DNA from: Octopus sinensis
Taxonomy: Eukaryota
Length of the DNA stretch: 64,000 bases
Assembly: GCF_006345805.1 (NCBI RefSeq)
Contig: NW_021831286.1
Coordinates: 62,001-126,000 of the forward strand
Direction of reading: 5' to 3'
Part shown: positions 36,920 through 47,875 of the stretch, piece after piece
Position numbering within the stretch: position 1 is the stretch's first letter
How the letters are laid out: each line of letters begins with the position of its first letter
Notes under the pieces: generated by a model
Databases searched by the model: none
What the model saw: only the letters and a program-made list of their open reading frames with translations
What the model was told of the DNA's origin: nothing
Made by a program: the position numbers and the translations under genes

Positions 36920-37645
36920 TTAAACATTTTTTACTTGATTAGTATATGAAAATATTATGTCACTGAAAGTCTTATATGCACTTTCAAAATTATCATTGAT
37001 TATTATTTCATCAAATAAGTTTTTTTCAGATTTTACTAGAAAATTAAAAAACGCAAACTCATTTCTAGGTCTGACAAAGCAGTTTTCATTCGGAGCTCAA
37101 TGCTTTCCTTAGTTTCCGTTTCTCTTTTTTCAAGCCTTTGTCTCTAATCGATAATATTTTGAATTTGTGATCAAACTAGAATCTCAAGATTTGGTGGAAC
37201 GATGAGAATATATTTACTTGGAAACTCTTGTTGCTTTAAAGCATTTACACCTTTCAAGTCAACGTCGAGAATGCAAGTTTTCCCATTCTTTTGTACAAAT
37301 TCTACCGCCATTCGACTATTTTGGTTATTTAGCACATTTCTGCCTTGTCCCGTAGAGGTTCCCAGAGAATTCAGCAGTTTCAACAAACATTTTGTTGGAA
37401 ATCATCCTTTGCATTGATTCTCTGTCCGTAAAGTGATAATCTGTTTTTAAATATAGTTTAATGTTTTAAATACGTTTTCCGTCGATCTCTCCCGCTCTGG
37501 GCATTCTTGTTGTATCTGAATAATTTTATTTATAATAAATACGTGAAATGCTGAACGCAAATAAATCCCCATTTTCATTCAAAAATTTATTGAGCAATGT
37601 ACTTTTGCCGCTTCCAGAAGGTCCACTAACAACGATAGATAACAT
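36920..37645 (-). CDS. GUK1: guanylate kinase
   Basis: '[13 protein letters not shown]', '[19 protein letters not shown]', 'NLYGTS', '[10 protein letters not shown]', '[13 protein letters not shown]'. Five introns of about 22-33 nt, one of them GC-AG. Confidence 0.95.
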
Positions 37646-38099
37646 TGATAAAACTTGATTAAATCATTTATAAAGCCTAATTAAAACAACTAATTACAGC
37701 TATTTTTATTTGTGACGATATAAATCTGATTTATCAAAAACAACTACTTAAACAAAGCACTAATTATATCTTTGTTGGCAAATCAAATCTAATTCTAGGC
37801 ATATTCCACGGAACTTTTATCGAATTGAATAAAGAACTTTTAAAGGGAATAATAAGGTCAAACCTGGTATCTGAATCTGATTAAAAAGATTGGGACCATG
37901 TGAACATTGACGTCACATTGAGAAAATTTTGATGATAAATTGTTAGTGGTAAGCTCTGATTAGTTATAAAATTTTCTAAATGCATCGTTTAATATTTTTA
38001 TGTTGGCAATTACTGTATTCATTTTATACAGCCAGAGCTGGACATCCTATCTTTAATTGTGAGATTGTTTTTCTGTTGAATTTTGGCTCAGTTAAAAAT

Positions 38100-39180
38100 A
38101 TTTAAAAGCTAGCTAACCTACTGACTTCCCAATTTATTTTAATCAAGAAATCACTTCAAAATAAATGCTGATTATACAATTATTTTGGCTTTGTTCATTT
38201 CGGAATTTGAATCAGCAAGCAATTCGTTTAAAATTAAACATGAAATTTTTTATATTAGAAATGAAACTTAGTTTTAAACTCACCTAGAAAGTTCAGTTTA
38301 ATGCCTCTCGCAGACTAAATATCAGGAAAAAAGTATCCATTGAGATACTTCACAGAGTCCATTTAAAAACATTTGACTGCATGTGTCATGCTTCAAACAA
38401 AAACTGAAATAAACATTAGACTGTGGTTGAGACTCCAGTTTAACGCTTGAAACGAGAAATTTTGTAGTGGAAATTTTGTAGGGTATGTCTAGTAGAGGCG
38501 GCAATGCTATGAAAGACTCGCCTCTTATACCATTCCTCTTTGGTCATTTGACTGCATTCGAAATTAAGGAACGACCAAACTCAACAAACCCCAGATGAAA
38601 TGGTAGCAAAAATTTGCAGGCAATTTTCCGACAGATGATTTTGGTAGAAACTCTTCTGAAAATGTTTCCAAATGGGATGCACAGTCAATCGCCTATAATA
38701 GCCGTAGAGAGTTTCAGGAAGAAATCGATGAAGTTGTCGTAGCTTAACAAATTATTTTTCCATTCGTGTGGGTCGGGGTTCTCCAAAATCGTCATAAATC
38801 ACATAATTCTTTTTTTATAATAATTTCGGGGATTGTTGCAGATCTGAAAAACTAGAAGCATTACCTCATCGTTTTTTAAACGTTTCATCATTCGATGCCT
38901 GATTAAAATAAACCAACAAACTATACTGGAATATCTCCGTCACAACCAGACAGTGTATTTTTAACTCATTTTTTCCCCATTTACTAATCAAAGGATGCCA
39001 AACTAGTTTATCTTTCAGTGTCATTTCCTCTTCTTGAGCGTCAGTTAGCTTATGTGCATTTGCCAAATTATTCACTGCGATAGAAAAGAATGCGCACATT
39101 CGCTCTGGCCTGCTACCTCTACAGAGTCTTTACGGTCCTTGTGGAAATCGAGAATGAAAATTAATTCTTGTTTGAGAAAT
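38100..39180 (-). CDS. possible protein-coding gene of unknown function
   Basis: Open stretches such as 'FLPETLYGYYRRLTVHPIWKHFQKSFYQNHLSENCLQIFATISSG' and 'QMTKEEWYKRRVFHS' separated by GT-AG micro-intron-like gaps. No recognised domain. Confidence 0.25.
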
Positions 39181-39269
39181 AGTGTTGAAGGTATCAATTA
39201 ATTAGCTTAAAAAGCTAGATTAATTAAATTTTTTTTAATTTACCGGTCCTTCGTGAACAGGGACAACAG

Positions 39270-39505
39270 CTTTTGTGACTATTATTTTGCTCTTTCTCGG
39301 AATATTCGTTTTCTGTCACCTCATTTGTGTCATCATGTCTTCTCTTCTTTGAATTATCTCCACTTTGATGATTGTTCCACACTGCATAATTTTTGTTGAG
39401 AATTAACGTTTTAGTCATGACGTCTTCGACATTGTGTTTTTATTCTACGAACATTTTTTCTAACGTCTTTTTAATGCAATCGTTTGGATATACGCCAGAA
39501 CATTG
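39270..39505 (-). mobile_element. R4-like element C-terminal fragment (close relative of 61990-62230)
   Basis: 'KKTLEKMFVE*KHNVEDVMTKTLILNKNYAVWNNHQ' versus 'KKTLEGMFVEYKHGFEDVMTKALILNKDYAVWNTHQ'. Confidence 0.8.
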
Positions 39506-40684
39506 TCTTTAATTATAAATGCTCTACAATATATAATTTTATCTAAAATTTAAGTGATTTATTTTATTTTTAATATTTTATTTATTGGCTAACCATATTT
39601 TCTTTAAAAAGAAATATAAATTAGAAATAAGAAATTCGTAATATTCATGCAATTTGTTCATTTTGCTAAAGAGACTGTAAATAAATCTAAAGACAGAATA
39701 GACGATGAGCTAGTGGATAGATTTCACTATCGTTACACATTTATAATGCTGGCTTTTTTGGAATAATCATTCTTTCCAAACAGTATGTTGGCGACCCAAT
39801 CGCATGCTGGACTCCAGGGGAGTTGAAAGGTAAAACGATTTTTTACATATTTTAGGTTCATACATTAAATTTACAAAAGCTGTCTGTCTAATGAATGGGA
39901 CATATACATTTCTCCCTGATAAGCAAATAATAAGCATGAAATATTACCACTTGATGTATTGTTTCTTGTTTTTTTCTGGATTTATGTTCTACATGCCAAT
40001 CTTATTTTGGAGATGTGTGTTGAATAACAGTGGAATTAATATCAAGAAAATTGTCAGTAAAGCAACCGATGTACAAAATATCAACGATTTAGACATTGTG
40101 GACAAAGTCTCGGGAAATTTAAGTATGGAAATTGACAATTACATTGAAACACGGTTTGTAGAACAAAACCGAACACCATTATATAAGAAAATACTTCATT
40201 GCATATTCGGGTACAACATTTTTCATTATACCTGCGCATACATTACTATCAGTTATTTGGTCACAAAAATGTTGTTTTTGCTGAATTTCATCTCCCAATT
40301 TATAATAATCAAATATGTTTTAGGAATCAATTTTTGGTTATATGGTTTGTCAATGATTCCTGGAATAAGCTTAATTCCAAAAGTAAATTATTTTCCACTT
40401 GATTTTCGAATTCAAGAACTGAATCGACCTCACTTTATGTGATTTTCGAATTCAAAAACTGAATCGACCTCATCTTTATTCAGTAGAATGTGTTCTACCA
40501 ATAAACAATTTTCTTGAAAAAATCTTTATTTTCCTGTGGTTCTGGTATGTTTTATTGGGAATATGCACAACGTTAAACTTTTTTAACTGGGTTGGAAATT
40601 TGACTGCTAACCAGTCACGAATCAAATTCCTTCGAGCTTATATTAAATGGCCAAATTCACTTTCCTACGAACAAATGATTAAAT

Positions 40685-41083
40685 GGTCTAACGACCTTCC
40701 CATTCGAAAATGGCAAGTCTCTCATCTGGGACGCCACTTGCACGGATACCTTCTCTGCCGGGAACATCTTGACGTCAGCTTCAGAGCCGGGCTCCGCAGC
40801 CAACCTGGCCGAAACGCTAAAAATCAAGAAATACAGTGCATTATCTCACTGCCATATCTTTGCCCCGATCGCAGTTGAGACATCGGGAGTCCTCGGCCCC
40901 AGAACTAAAAAATTCCTTATTAAACTAACCCTAACCCTAACCCTAAGAAATGATCGTCGGGAACGGACATGGCTTTTCCAACGCATATCAATAGCCATCT
41001 TGCGTGGGAATTGCCATTCCATCCTATCCTCTGCTGCTAATTAAATATACATAATTGTGCTTTAAATTGATAAAATATAAAAA
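40685..41083 (+). mobile_element. 5'-truncated CRE-like retrotransposon with poly(A) and 12-bp TSD
   Basis: TSD AAATGATTAAAT at 40673-40684 and 41084-41095. RLE 'GKSLIWDATCTDTF...AETLKIKKY..PIAVETSGVLGP'; A-rich tail. Confidence 0.9.
40925..40946 (+). repeat. interstitial telomeric repeat (CTAACC)3CTAA
   Basis: ctaaccctaaccctaaccctaa, the complement of (TTAGGG)n, lies inside the CRE reading frame. Confidence 0.85.
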
Positions 41084-41357
41084 AAATGATTAAATTAAGA
41101 ATCGGATTTGTTGGAGACTATTTGAAAGCTGATGGATTCCTTATTTTACGAATTCTTAAATGCAATGTAAATAATATTGTAGTAGAAGAGGTCATCGATC
41201 AGTTATGGAATAACTACTTGAATTACGTAAATACAAATGATCTAAATTAAATATAGTTGAATACAAATTTTCTTAGTCATTCGGTGAAAAATTTTAATTT
41301 TCAACAATACAATATGTTAAAATCTGAAATCTATATCCCTTCACACATCTGAAAAAA

Positions 41358-41745
41358 GATTGGAAAGAGCTTCGGTCGACTTGATGTTGAACAATGTGTT
41401 CGTACCCTTCTACAGAAGTCAGATGGTTCTGGAGGTAACTCTCGACATGCACCTCTGCTTTTTTCCCCACGCAGACAACCTTTTTCGTATATGTGAGAAA
41501 AAAATGAACGTGCTCAGAAGCCTATCCGGTTTATGGAAAAACGGTTCCTACCCGGTATTGGCGAATATTTACCGTCAATACCTTGAACCGTCTATTTCCT
41601 ACGCCTGAGAATCATGGGTCCGCGTGGGCTCGTGGAAAAATCACCGAGCGATGATGAGGTCCTTAGTTGAGTGCATCGGGATCACGTGATTTTTGTTCGG
41701 GTTTTACCGTGGTCTTGGTGTTTGAATAAAATAAATAAAGAATAA
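41358..41745 (+). mobile_element. LINE 3' fragment (RT thumb region + A-rich tail)
   Basis: 'VLEVTLDMHLCFFPH...EKKMNVLRSLSG.W...LANIYRQYLEPSISYA', ending GTGGTCTTGGTGTTTGAATAAAATAAATAAA. Confidence 0.7.
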
Positions 41746-42017
41746 TAGGATTTCTGAAAAAATAAATCGAATCTCTGCTCTAAAATAAAAATGCACTCAA
41801 AATGAATAAATATGTATCAAGAAATATCTGAAACATCGTAATCCAACAAATCTTCAAAAGCATAAAAACAGATTATGAATACGGAATTAACACCACGATA
41901 AATCCTATGGAACCGAAATTCAATTTATATATATTGAAATTTTTTTCGATCATTTTTATTTTATTAAGGTCGGGTAGCCTATCATTATACACGATTAAGT
42001 TTATTATCATTTTAATT

Positions 42018-42952
42018 ATGTCGATACCAATGATAAAAGATTTGAAAACAACTATTATTAATTTGAGAGAAGAAATAGATCTCTACAAAGATAAAATATC
42101 CGATGCAACTGAATTAAGCACATCGGAAAATCTCGCCTTAGAAAAAGTAGATTTCATTAAAATACCGAATTTAGAAAAATCTAGAACTTTCATCTGCAAA
42201 TAATCGCTATTCTTTACATCTGGCTACGCAGGAAAAACTTTCTGCCGAGTTAGAATCACTTCGATTTCTTATTGAAGAACAGACTATTGCCACAAAAGAT
42301 TTGACCGAGTTTTTGACTTTATGATTGCCCATCCATAGGCAAAAGGATAATCTTTTTCAAGCAAATTTTACTCTTGAGGAACAGAACGACCAGTTGGAAA
42401 CTCGCTTGAAAGAGCTAAGAAAGATTTCAGATGAAACTGATACTAAAATTGCTGAAGTTAGTTGAGTTTAGCATTGTTCAAGGCGCAAAGAGAAGAAGCT
42501 TGTAACATCTCTGATCTAGACTGTCTGAAATCTCGAATTAAAAATTACAATGAGTTTATTATTAAACGTTTTTACTTTCTAGTTCATGTGATCAAATTAT
42601 GATTGATTTGGAACAAATTACCGACGAAATTTCTATTTGTGAAGGCCAAATCAAATTGGTTTGTATTTTTGAGGAATTGACCAGTTTTCTATAAAGGAAA
42701 CGGACCGGGAATTTGAAATAGATAAATTATTAAATCAAGTCAACTCTGTAGTTTATGAAAATACTAATTTTGTAGAAATTTCAGATTCTGGAAGAGTTAC
42801 TTGGAAACAATCGTCGCATGAAAAATGACTTAAATGTCTTAACTGGTTTCAAGGATTTGGTTTACTCTATGTTAGAGGATAACGACAATATGACCCAAAA
42901 GACTTCGATTCTCCGTGATAATTTGATGAATATTATGAACGAGATGGACTAA
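42018..42952 (+). CDS. tropomyosin-like coiled-coil protein (divergent)
   Basis: Heptad-rich exons separated by micro-introns. 'LETRLKELRKISDETDTKIAE|AQREEACNISDLD' resembles tropomyosin '[31 protein letters not shown]'. Confidence 0.5.
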
Positions 42953-43058
42953 TAACACATAACTTTCCTATTTCGAAACATTCTGATTTTTATCTTGTAT
43001 CGCGGTTTAGATATCTTGTATCGTGTATAATTTGATTTTGATTAACCCATAGTAATTA

Positions 43059-44167
43059 TGTCGCGAGCGCAGCGCGCGACCGAGCGCTAGACGCGACTTT
43101 GACAGCTAACAAGCCTATCATCAACAAATATATTTATTAAATTATTTAAAATTTTAAAATGATTTAAAATTAAAATTGAAATAACTTAAGTTTTCCATTG
43201 AATCCCATAAAATAATTTATAAGTAGACCTTAATAGAAAAAGTAAAATCAATGAATACTGAACGCTAATTTGGTTTAGGTTGTGAGGGGGGTAATAATTT
43301 GACAGATCTCATTGCTATTTTTTCGTTTTAATCTCTAAAATTAGGTCTTCTAATCAAAAATGAACTGTGCCGACAGGCTTGCTCCTTCAGAAGATTCTTG
43401 TTTTGACATTTTAATAAATTATGAAGCATTTAGATTTTTTCTCATTATTCTAAAATATCAATTATAAATTTTAAAATATTATTTTTATTTATGAAATCGG
43501 TTTTAAAGCTCATTCTTCTTTGGCATCGATTTTAATTTTTGTTATCGAATATATTTAATCCAAATACAAGCCTGGGTATTTAGAGTATTTTGCATTTGGC
43601 CATCCAGCCCATGCATTTGGCCCCCGACATTTGGCCCCCGACACTTTTCTGTTTGTCTTTCGCGCGACGATTCTCCCAAGTCTCTTGTATGGGATGGAGG
43701 CGTGGCACTATTCAAACCAATTCGGAAAAATATTGAAAAAATGTGAGAAGATCCGTCGCTATGCGTTAAAGCTAGCGTACAGATTGGATCTACGCGCCCC
43801 GCTACCCAACTGGGCAGAGGAGAAATCTCCACTAATCGAGAAAGTCATCCTTGATTCCATCCGAACTTTTCGTCGGCGGTCTCAGGTGACCGATCTTTTC
43901 GTGGATCGCGTCTGAAATTCAATCAGAGAGTGACTCTTCAAAAACCGGCTCATATATTCCCTTAGGACGAATCTCGGCAGAGCTCGACTGTCTTCGCAGT
44001 CGTCTCGTTTAACCTCGTCCAACCTTTTTACTTAGTCTCTGTTTTACTTACAATAAAACTTTCCATTCCATTCCTGGGTATTTGTCAATTTATAGATTTT
44101 TTGATTGATAGGTTCTAGAAATTGAGTGGTCGCTCGCTGCGCTCGGTCGCTCGCTGCGCTCGCGACA
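43059..44167. mobile_element. MITE copy 1 (TGT..ACA termini, ~29-bp GC-rich TIRs, 5-bp TSD AATTA) carrying a nested LINE fragment
   Basis: TIR TGTCGCGAGCGCAGCG(C/A)GCGACCGAGCGC. TSD aatta at 43054-43058 and 44168-44172. Interior nearly identical to 44482-45089. Confidence 0.92.
43582..44072 (+). mobile_element. 5'-truncated LINE (RTE/CR1/L2-like C-terminus) nested in MITE copy 1
   Basis: 11-bp TSD CCTGGGTATTT (43571-43581 and 44073-44083), single-copy in MITE copy 2. 'FRATILPSLLYGMEAW'; AATAAA and TTCCATTCCATT tail. Confidence 0.85.
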
Positions 44168-44234
44168 AATTAGTTTAAAACAGTGTATTTTAACATTTTT
44201 GATGTGACATTTTGCGTGTAGTCATTGATTAGAT

Positions 44235-45780
44235 CAGTGCTTCCCGATTCGTTTTGAGTTCGCACCCCTAAAATTTTAAAAGCCAACCTGTAACCCCCAT
44301 TTTTAAATCTAACAAGAATTTTATTAAAAAATCATTTAAAAAATTATTTAGGTTCCTTGAGATTTTTTTTGCCTTTTAGTCTTAATTAATTTTTTGAAAC
44401 GCGGTTTTTTGTTTGCTAGTGCAATTCTGAGATCGTTTTTAGGGTTAAGAGAGTTTTCTGTTCTTCTTTTTATATATAGTATGTCGCGAGCGCAGCGAGC
44501 ACGCGAGCGCTAGACGCAACTTTGACACCTAACAAGCCTATCATCAACAAATATATTTATTAAATTATTTAAAATTTTAACATGATTTAAAATTAAAATT
44601 GAAATAACTTAAGTTTTCCATTGAATCCCATAAAATAATTTATAAGTAGACCTTAATAGAAAAAGTAAAATCAATGAATACTGAACGCTAATTTGGTTTA
44701 GGTTGTGAGGGGGGTAATAATTTGACAGATCTCATTGCTATTTTTTCGTTTTAATCTCTAAAATTAGGTCTTCTAATCAAAAATGAACTGTGCAGACAGG
44801 CTTGCTCCTTCAGAAGATTCTTGTTTTGACATTTTTATAAATTATGAAGCATTTAGATTTTTTCTCATTATTCTAAAATATCAATTATAAATTTTAAAAT
44901 ATTATTTTTATTTATGAAATCGGTTTTAAAGCTCATTCTGCTTTGGCATCGATTTTAATTTTTGTTATCGAATATATTTAATCCCAAATACAAGCCTGGG
45001 TATTTGTCAATTTTTAGATTTTTTGATTGATCGGATCTAGAAATTGAGTGGTCGCTCGCTGCGCTCGGTCGCTCGCTGCGCTCGCGACATAGTAGAATTG
45101 AAAATCCAGATTTATATAGCCAAGTTGTTGCAAATGGTATCAGAACTTCCAGTGCATTCTTTGCAAGTTTCGGGAATCCTGCTTGCAAACCGCACCAAAA
45201 AACCTCCAAACAATTTGAGTCGTCCAACATTTTCAGTGATGTAGATGTTTGGAACTCAATCAAATCGTCTTTAACTTCGTTTCTATCATCCATCTTTTCC
45301 ATTTTGAAAACAAATGGATTAACAACCAAGGTATCAGAATCTTCGATATTTCCGAGTAGAAAATATTTATCAAATGAATTTTTTAAACATTCAAGATGAT
45401 TGTTGATTTCTTTTTTAATAGTTTTATCAAAAGTCTGAGAATATAAAATCTTGTTAAAACACTACCTCTTGAAAGCCATCTAACATCAGTATGATACCAA
45501 AGAACAGTGGCATCAGCATCATAATCAATACATAATGCTTTGAACAATCTATGATTCAAAGCTCTTCCTCGAATAAAATTCACAATTTTGACGCATGAAT
45601 TTAAAACATTTTTCAACTTAATAGGCAAGAACTTTGATACGAGTCCATGTCGATGAAGAATACAGTGAGTAACTTTTACATTTGGAACATTTTTTCTTAA
45701 AAAGGCTGCAAAGCCCGACCTGTTTCCCAGCATAACTGGCACCCCTAAAAAATTTCAGGCACCCCAATCAGGAAGCACTT
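44235..45780 (-). mobile_element. internally deleted Buster-type hAT transposon
   Basis: TIRs CAGTGCTTCCCGATT / AAGTGCTTCCTGATT; 8-bp TSD GATTAGAT (NNNTANNN). Transposase remnants 'THCILHRHGL', 'HTDVRWLSRGSVLTRF', 'LIPFATTWLYKSGFS'. Interrupted by MITE copy 2. Confidence 0.9.
44482..45089. mobile_element. MITE copy 2 (608 bp; 5-bp TSD TAGTA) inserted in the Buster transposase
   Basis: Same TIRs as copy 1; TSD tagta at 44477-44481 and 45090-45094. Confidence 0.92.
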
Positions 45781-45989
45781 GATTAGATGAATATTCGGTA
45801 GACACAAACATAACGAGATAAAATTATATTTAGCTAAATAACGTTTCCTTCTTTCGTATTTTCATTAAAAATTGTTGTTCATCACATTTTATTTCGCGTG
45901 CTTCGAATTTCGATAAATCGCATTAATTACAATGAAAATCTCCAAGTTTTGCTTCCACTGAATGATGACGTGAATGACACATAATGACA

Positions 45990-46200
45990 TGAAATGTTTT
46001 AGGAAGTGAGATGTTACAAGACCATCCCAAGCAGATCGGGCTTGTTATGTTCGAGAATCTCTGTATTGATAACTCGTATCTCAACAGATTCATTGATTAC
46101 CATAGATTGGACCGAGTTTTTTTCATTTTTAGGCCAAATTTTGTGCAGAAGTGGAACTGAAAACATCTCAAGATCTAATTGTGTCGTCTTATGTATTCAC
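45990..46200 (-). mobile_element. degraded R4-like RLE fragment
   Basis: 'QSMVINESVEIRVINTEILEHNKPDLL' resembles 'QSVITNDRAELRVDTTIPTESKIQYNKPDIF'. Confidence 0.4.
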
Positions 46201-47311
46201 CATAAGTTTACTGCATTTAGCTTGGTGTTTACTAACTTTTCAATCCTGTGATTCATTTCAGTAGAAATTATTTTAACATTTCTGATTTTCTAATATGACA
46301 GTTTTCAATTTTACTCTTTCTCCGAGATTAAATTTATAGGTGTGTTGTTTTTGATGTATTCTCCGATGGCTTGATTCATAGTTGAAAGGAGCAATCCATT
46401 TAACTCCGGAGCTTCACTCTCACGTAAGACAACGAAGAAAGACGCTTCACAATAACAATATCGCGTTAATCTCCCCTCTCTATTATATACAATATTAGCC
46501 TAAAATGCAACTTTATGATTTTTCATTACAGTTTCAACTTTTCTTGAATTAAAACTAGAAGTGAATATCCGATATGGCTTGAAGTGCAGTAAAGTAAACA
46601 ACTGTAGAACTGTTTGATACCTCCTTTTTTATCGGCATTTAATTATGATTTTGATCGAAGTAATTTTGTTGCCAATGACCAATAGTAATTTATTTAGTGT
46701 TATTATTACTACCGTTTTCATTTTTTGAGCATTCTCCCAGTCTCTGAACCTACATTATTAATAATTATCAATGTTTTCCTCTAATTGTGACTCTTTACTT
46801 ACTTGCTTTATTATTTTTTCTTTTAATGAGTGTCACATAATATTTAATTGAGTCGCGTGGAAATATATTTTATATCATCCATAATAATGCCTAAGCTCTC
46901 GCTCGTGCCAATCACACACTTTTTTAACAGCAAGAGAAAACGAGTAAATTTTAATTAATTCCGAATTGAGGCATGAATAAGTTTATCTTGTCTTTAAAGT
47001 TTTCCTTGTATTGGCGTGGGGCTGTGAAGAATCGGAAACTCATGACGTCCCAGCAAAAAACCAAGTTGTTTTAAGTTCGCCTGTGATAAGATGTCTATGA
47101 CGGCGTCACTCGTCAAACCTAATCGAAGCTTCTGGCACGGGCTTTCGCATATTACCCATAGTTTATTTTAACTAATTTTAAAACCAACCATATTAAAAAA
47201 TTTCGTTCTTATTAAATAAAATTATTGAATATGTTATTTATTTATAAGTGATGGTGACGTGGTAAACGAGTTGTTAATATTTTTAGTTTTTTAATCAGAA
47301 ATGAGCTTTGG

Positions 47312-47689
47312 ATGCATAGATTTAAAGTTTTCTTTCCTAAGAAATTGAAAAAAATATTTTCAATAATTTACTCTCATTTTTCTAAAATGCTAATTATAAT
47401 AAATTACTACTTGACTTTTAGTTATGCCAAAATCAGAAAACTGAAATATATCAAATCAATTTTTTTCTTGTTTTGGTCAATATTATTTTTTGTATCGTTT
47501 TACAATGAACTGACCTCAATTTATTTCATGCTCACAGTTATTATTTTTATTTTTTATTCTACTTGGGATTATCGGCAGTCTGGTGGGCTGAGTGCATATT
47601 CAATTTTTAATCACAATTGTGAAGCTCTTCCTGGATCCATGACCAAAGAATCTATTGAGAGATCAACTGGACGCCGTCCCCTCTTTTAA
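47312..47689 (+). CDS. SAYSD1: SAYSvFN-domain membrane protein
   Basis: TM hairpin followed by 'LSAYSIFNHNCEALPGSM'. N-terminus uncertain. Confidence 0.75.
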   Translation: MHRFKVFFPKKLKKIFSIIYSHFSKMLIIINYYLTFSYAKIRKLKYIKSIFFLFWSILFFVSFYNELTSIYFMLTVIIFIFYSTWDYRQSGGLSAYSIFNHNCEALPGSMTKESIERSTGRRPLF

Positions 47690-47875
47690 TTTATATAAAT
47701 TTAAATTTTTACAGAATAAATAACTGATTTCACGACTTGGCTACATAGACCTTATTCTCATATTAGTAGAATTCAATTTATATTTAAGACATAGAACTTA
47801 TTCAATCAGTTTAAATATTTTTCAAGCAAGAAAAAAAGTTTTGACGAATAAATTAGCATGATCGAATTTATCCAA

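Larger units (their letters stand above)
39647..41250 (+). pseudogene. innexin (gap-junction protein), disrupted
   Basis: 'DDELVDRFHYRYT', 'KQYVGDPIACWTP', 'NSGINI', 'TLCDFRIQ..RPHLYSVECVLPINNFLEKIFIFLWFWY', 'FVGDYLKADGFLILR'. Lesions: T6-run frameshift (39754-39759), ~40-bp duplication (40396-40470), CRE insertion in a coding exon. Confidence 0.9.

Noticed and set aside
39190-39420. Exonisation of the R4-like fragment as the N-terminus of the downstream unknown gene
   Set aside because: The candidate 29-nt intron leads to stops in all three frames within a few codons.
40686-41099. CRE insertion acting as a new intron (GT at its 5' end, AG just after the TSD)
   Set aside because: Splicing at these sites creates an in-frame TGA (AAA TG|A ATC).
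46900-47160. Short spliced ORF on the minus strand (MGNMRKPVPEASIR...)
   Set aside because: Under 40 codons with no recognisable homology; cannot be supported.
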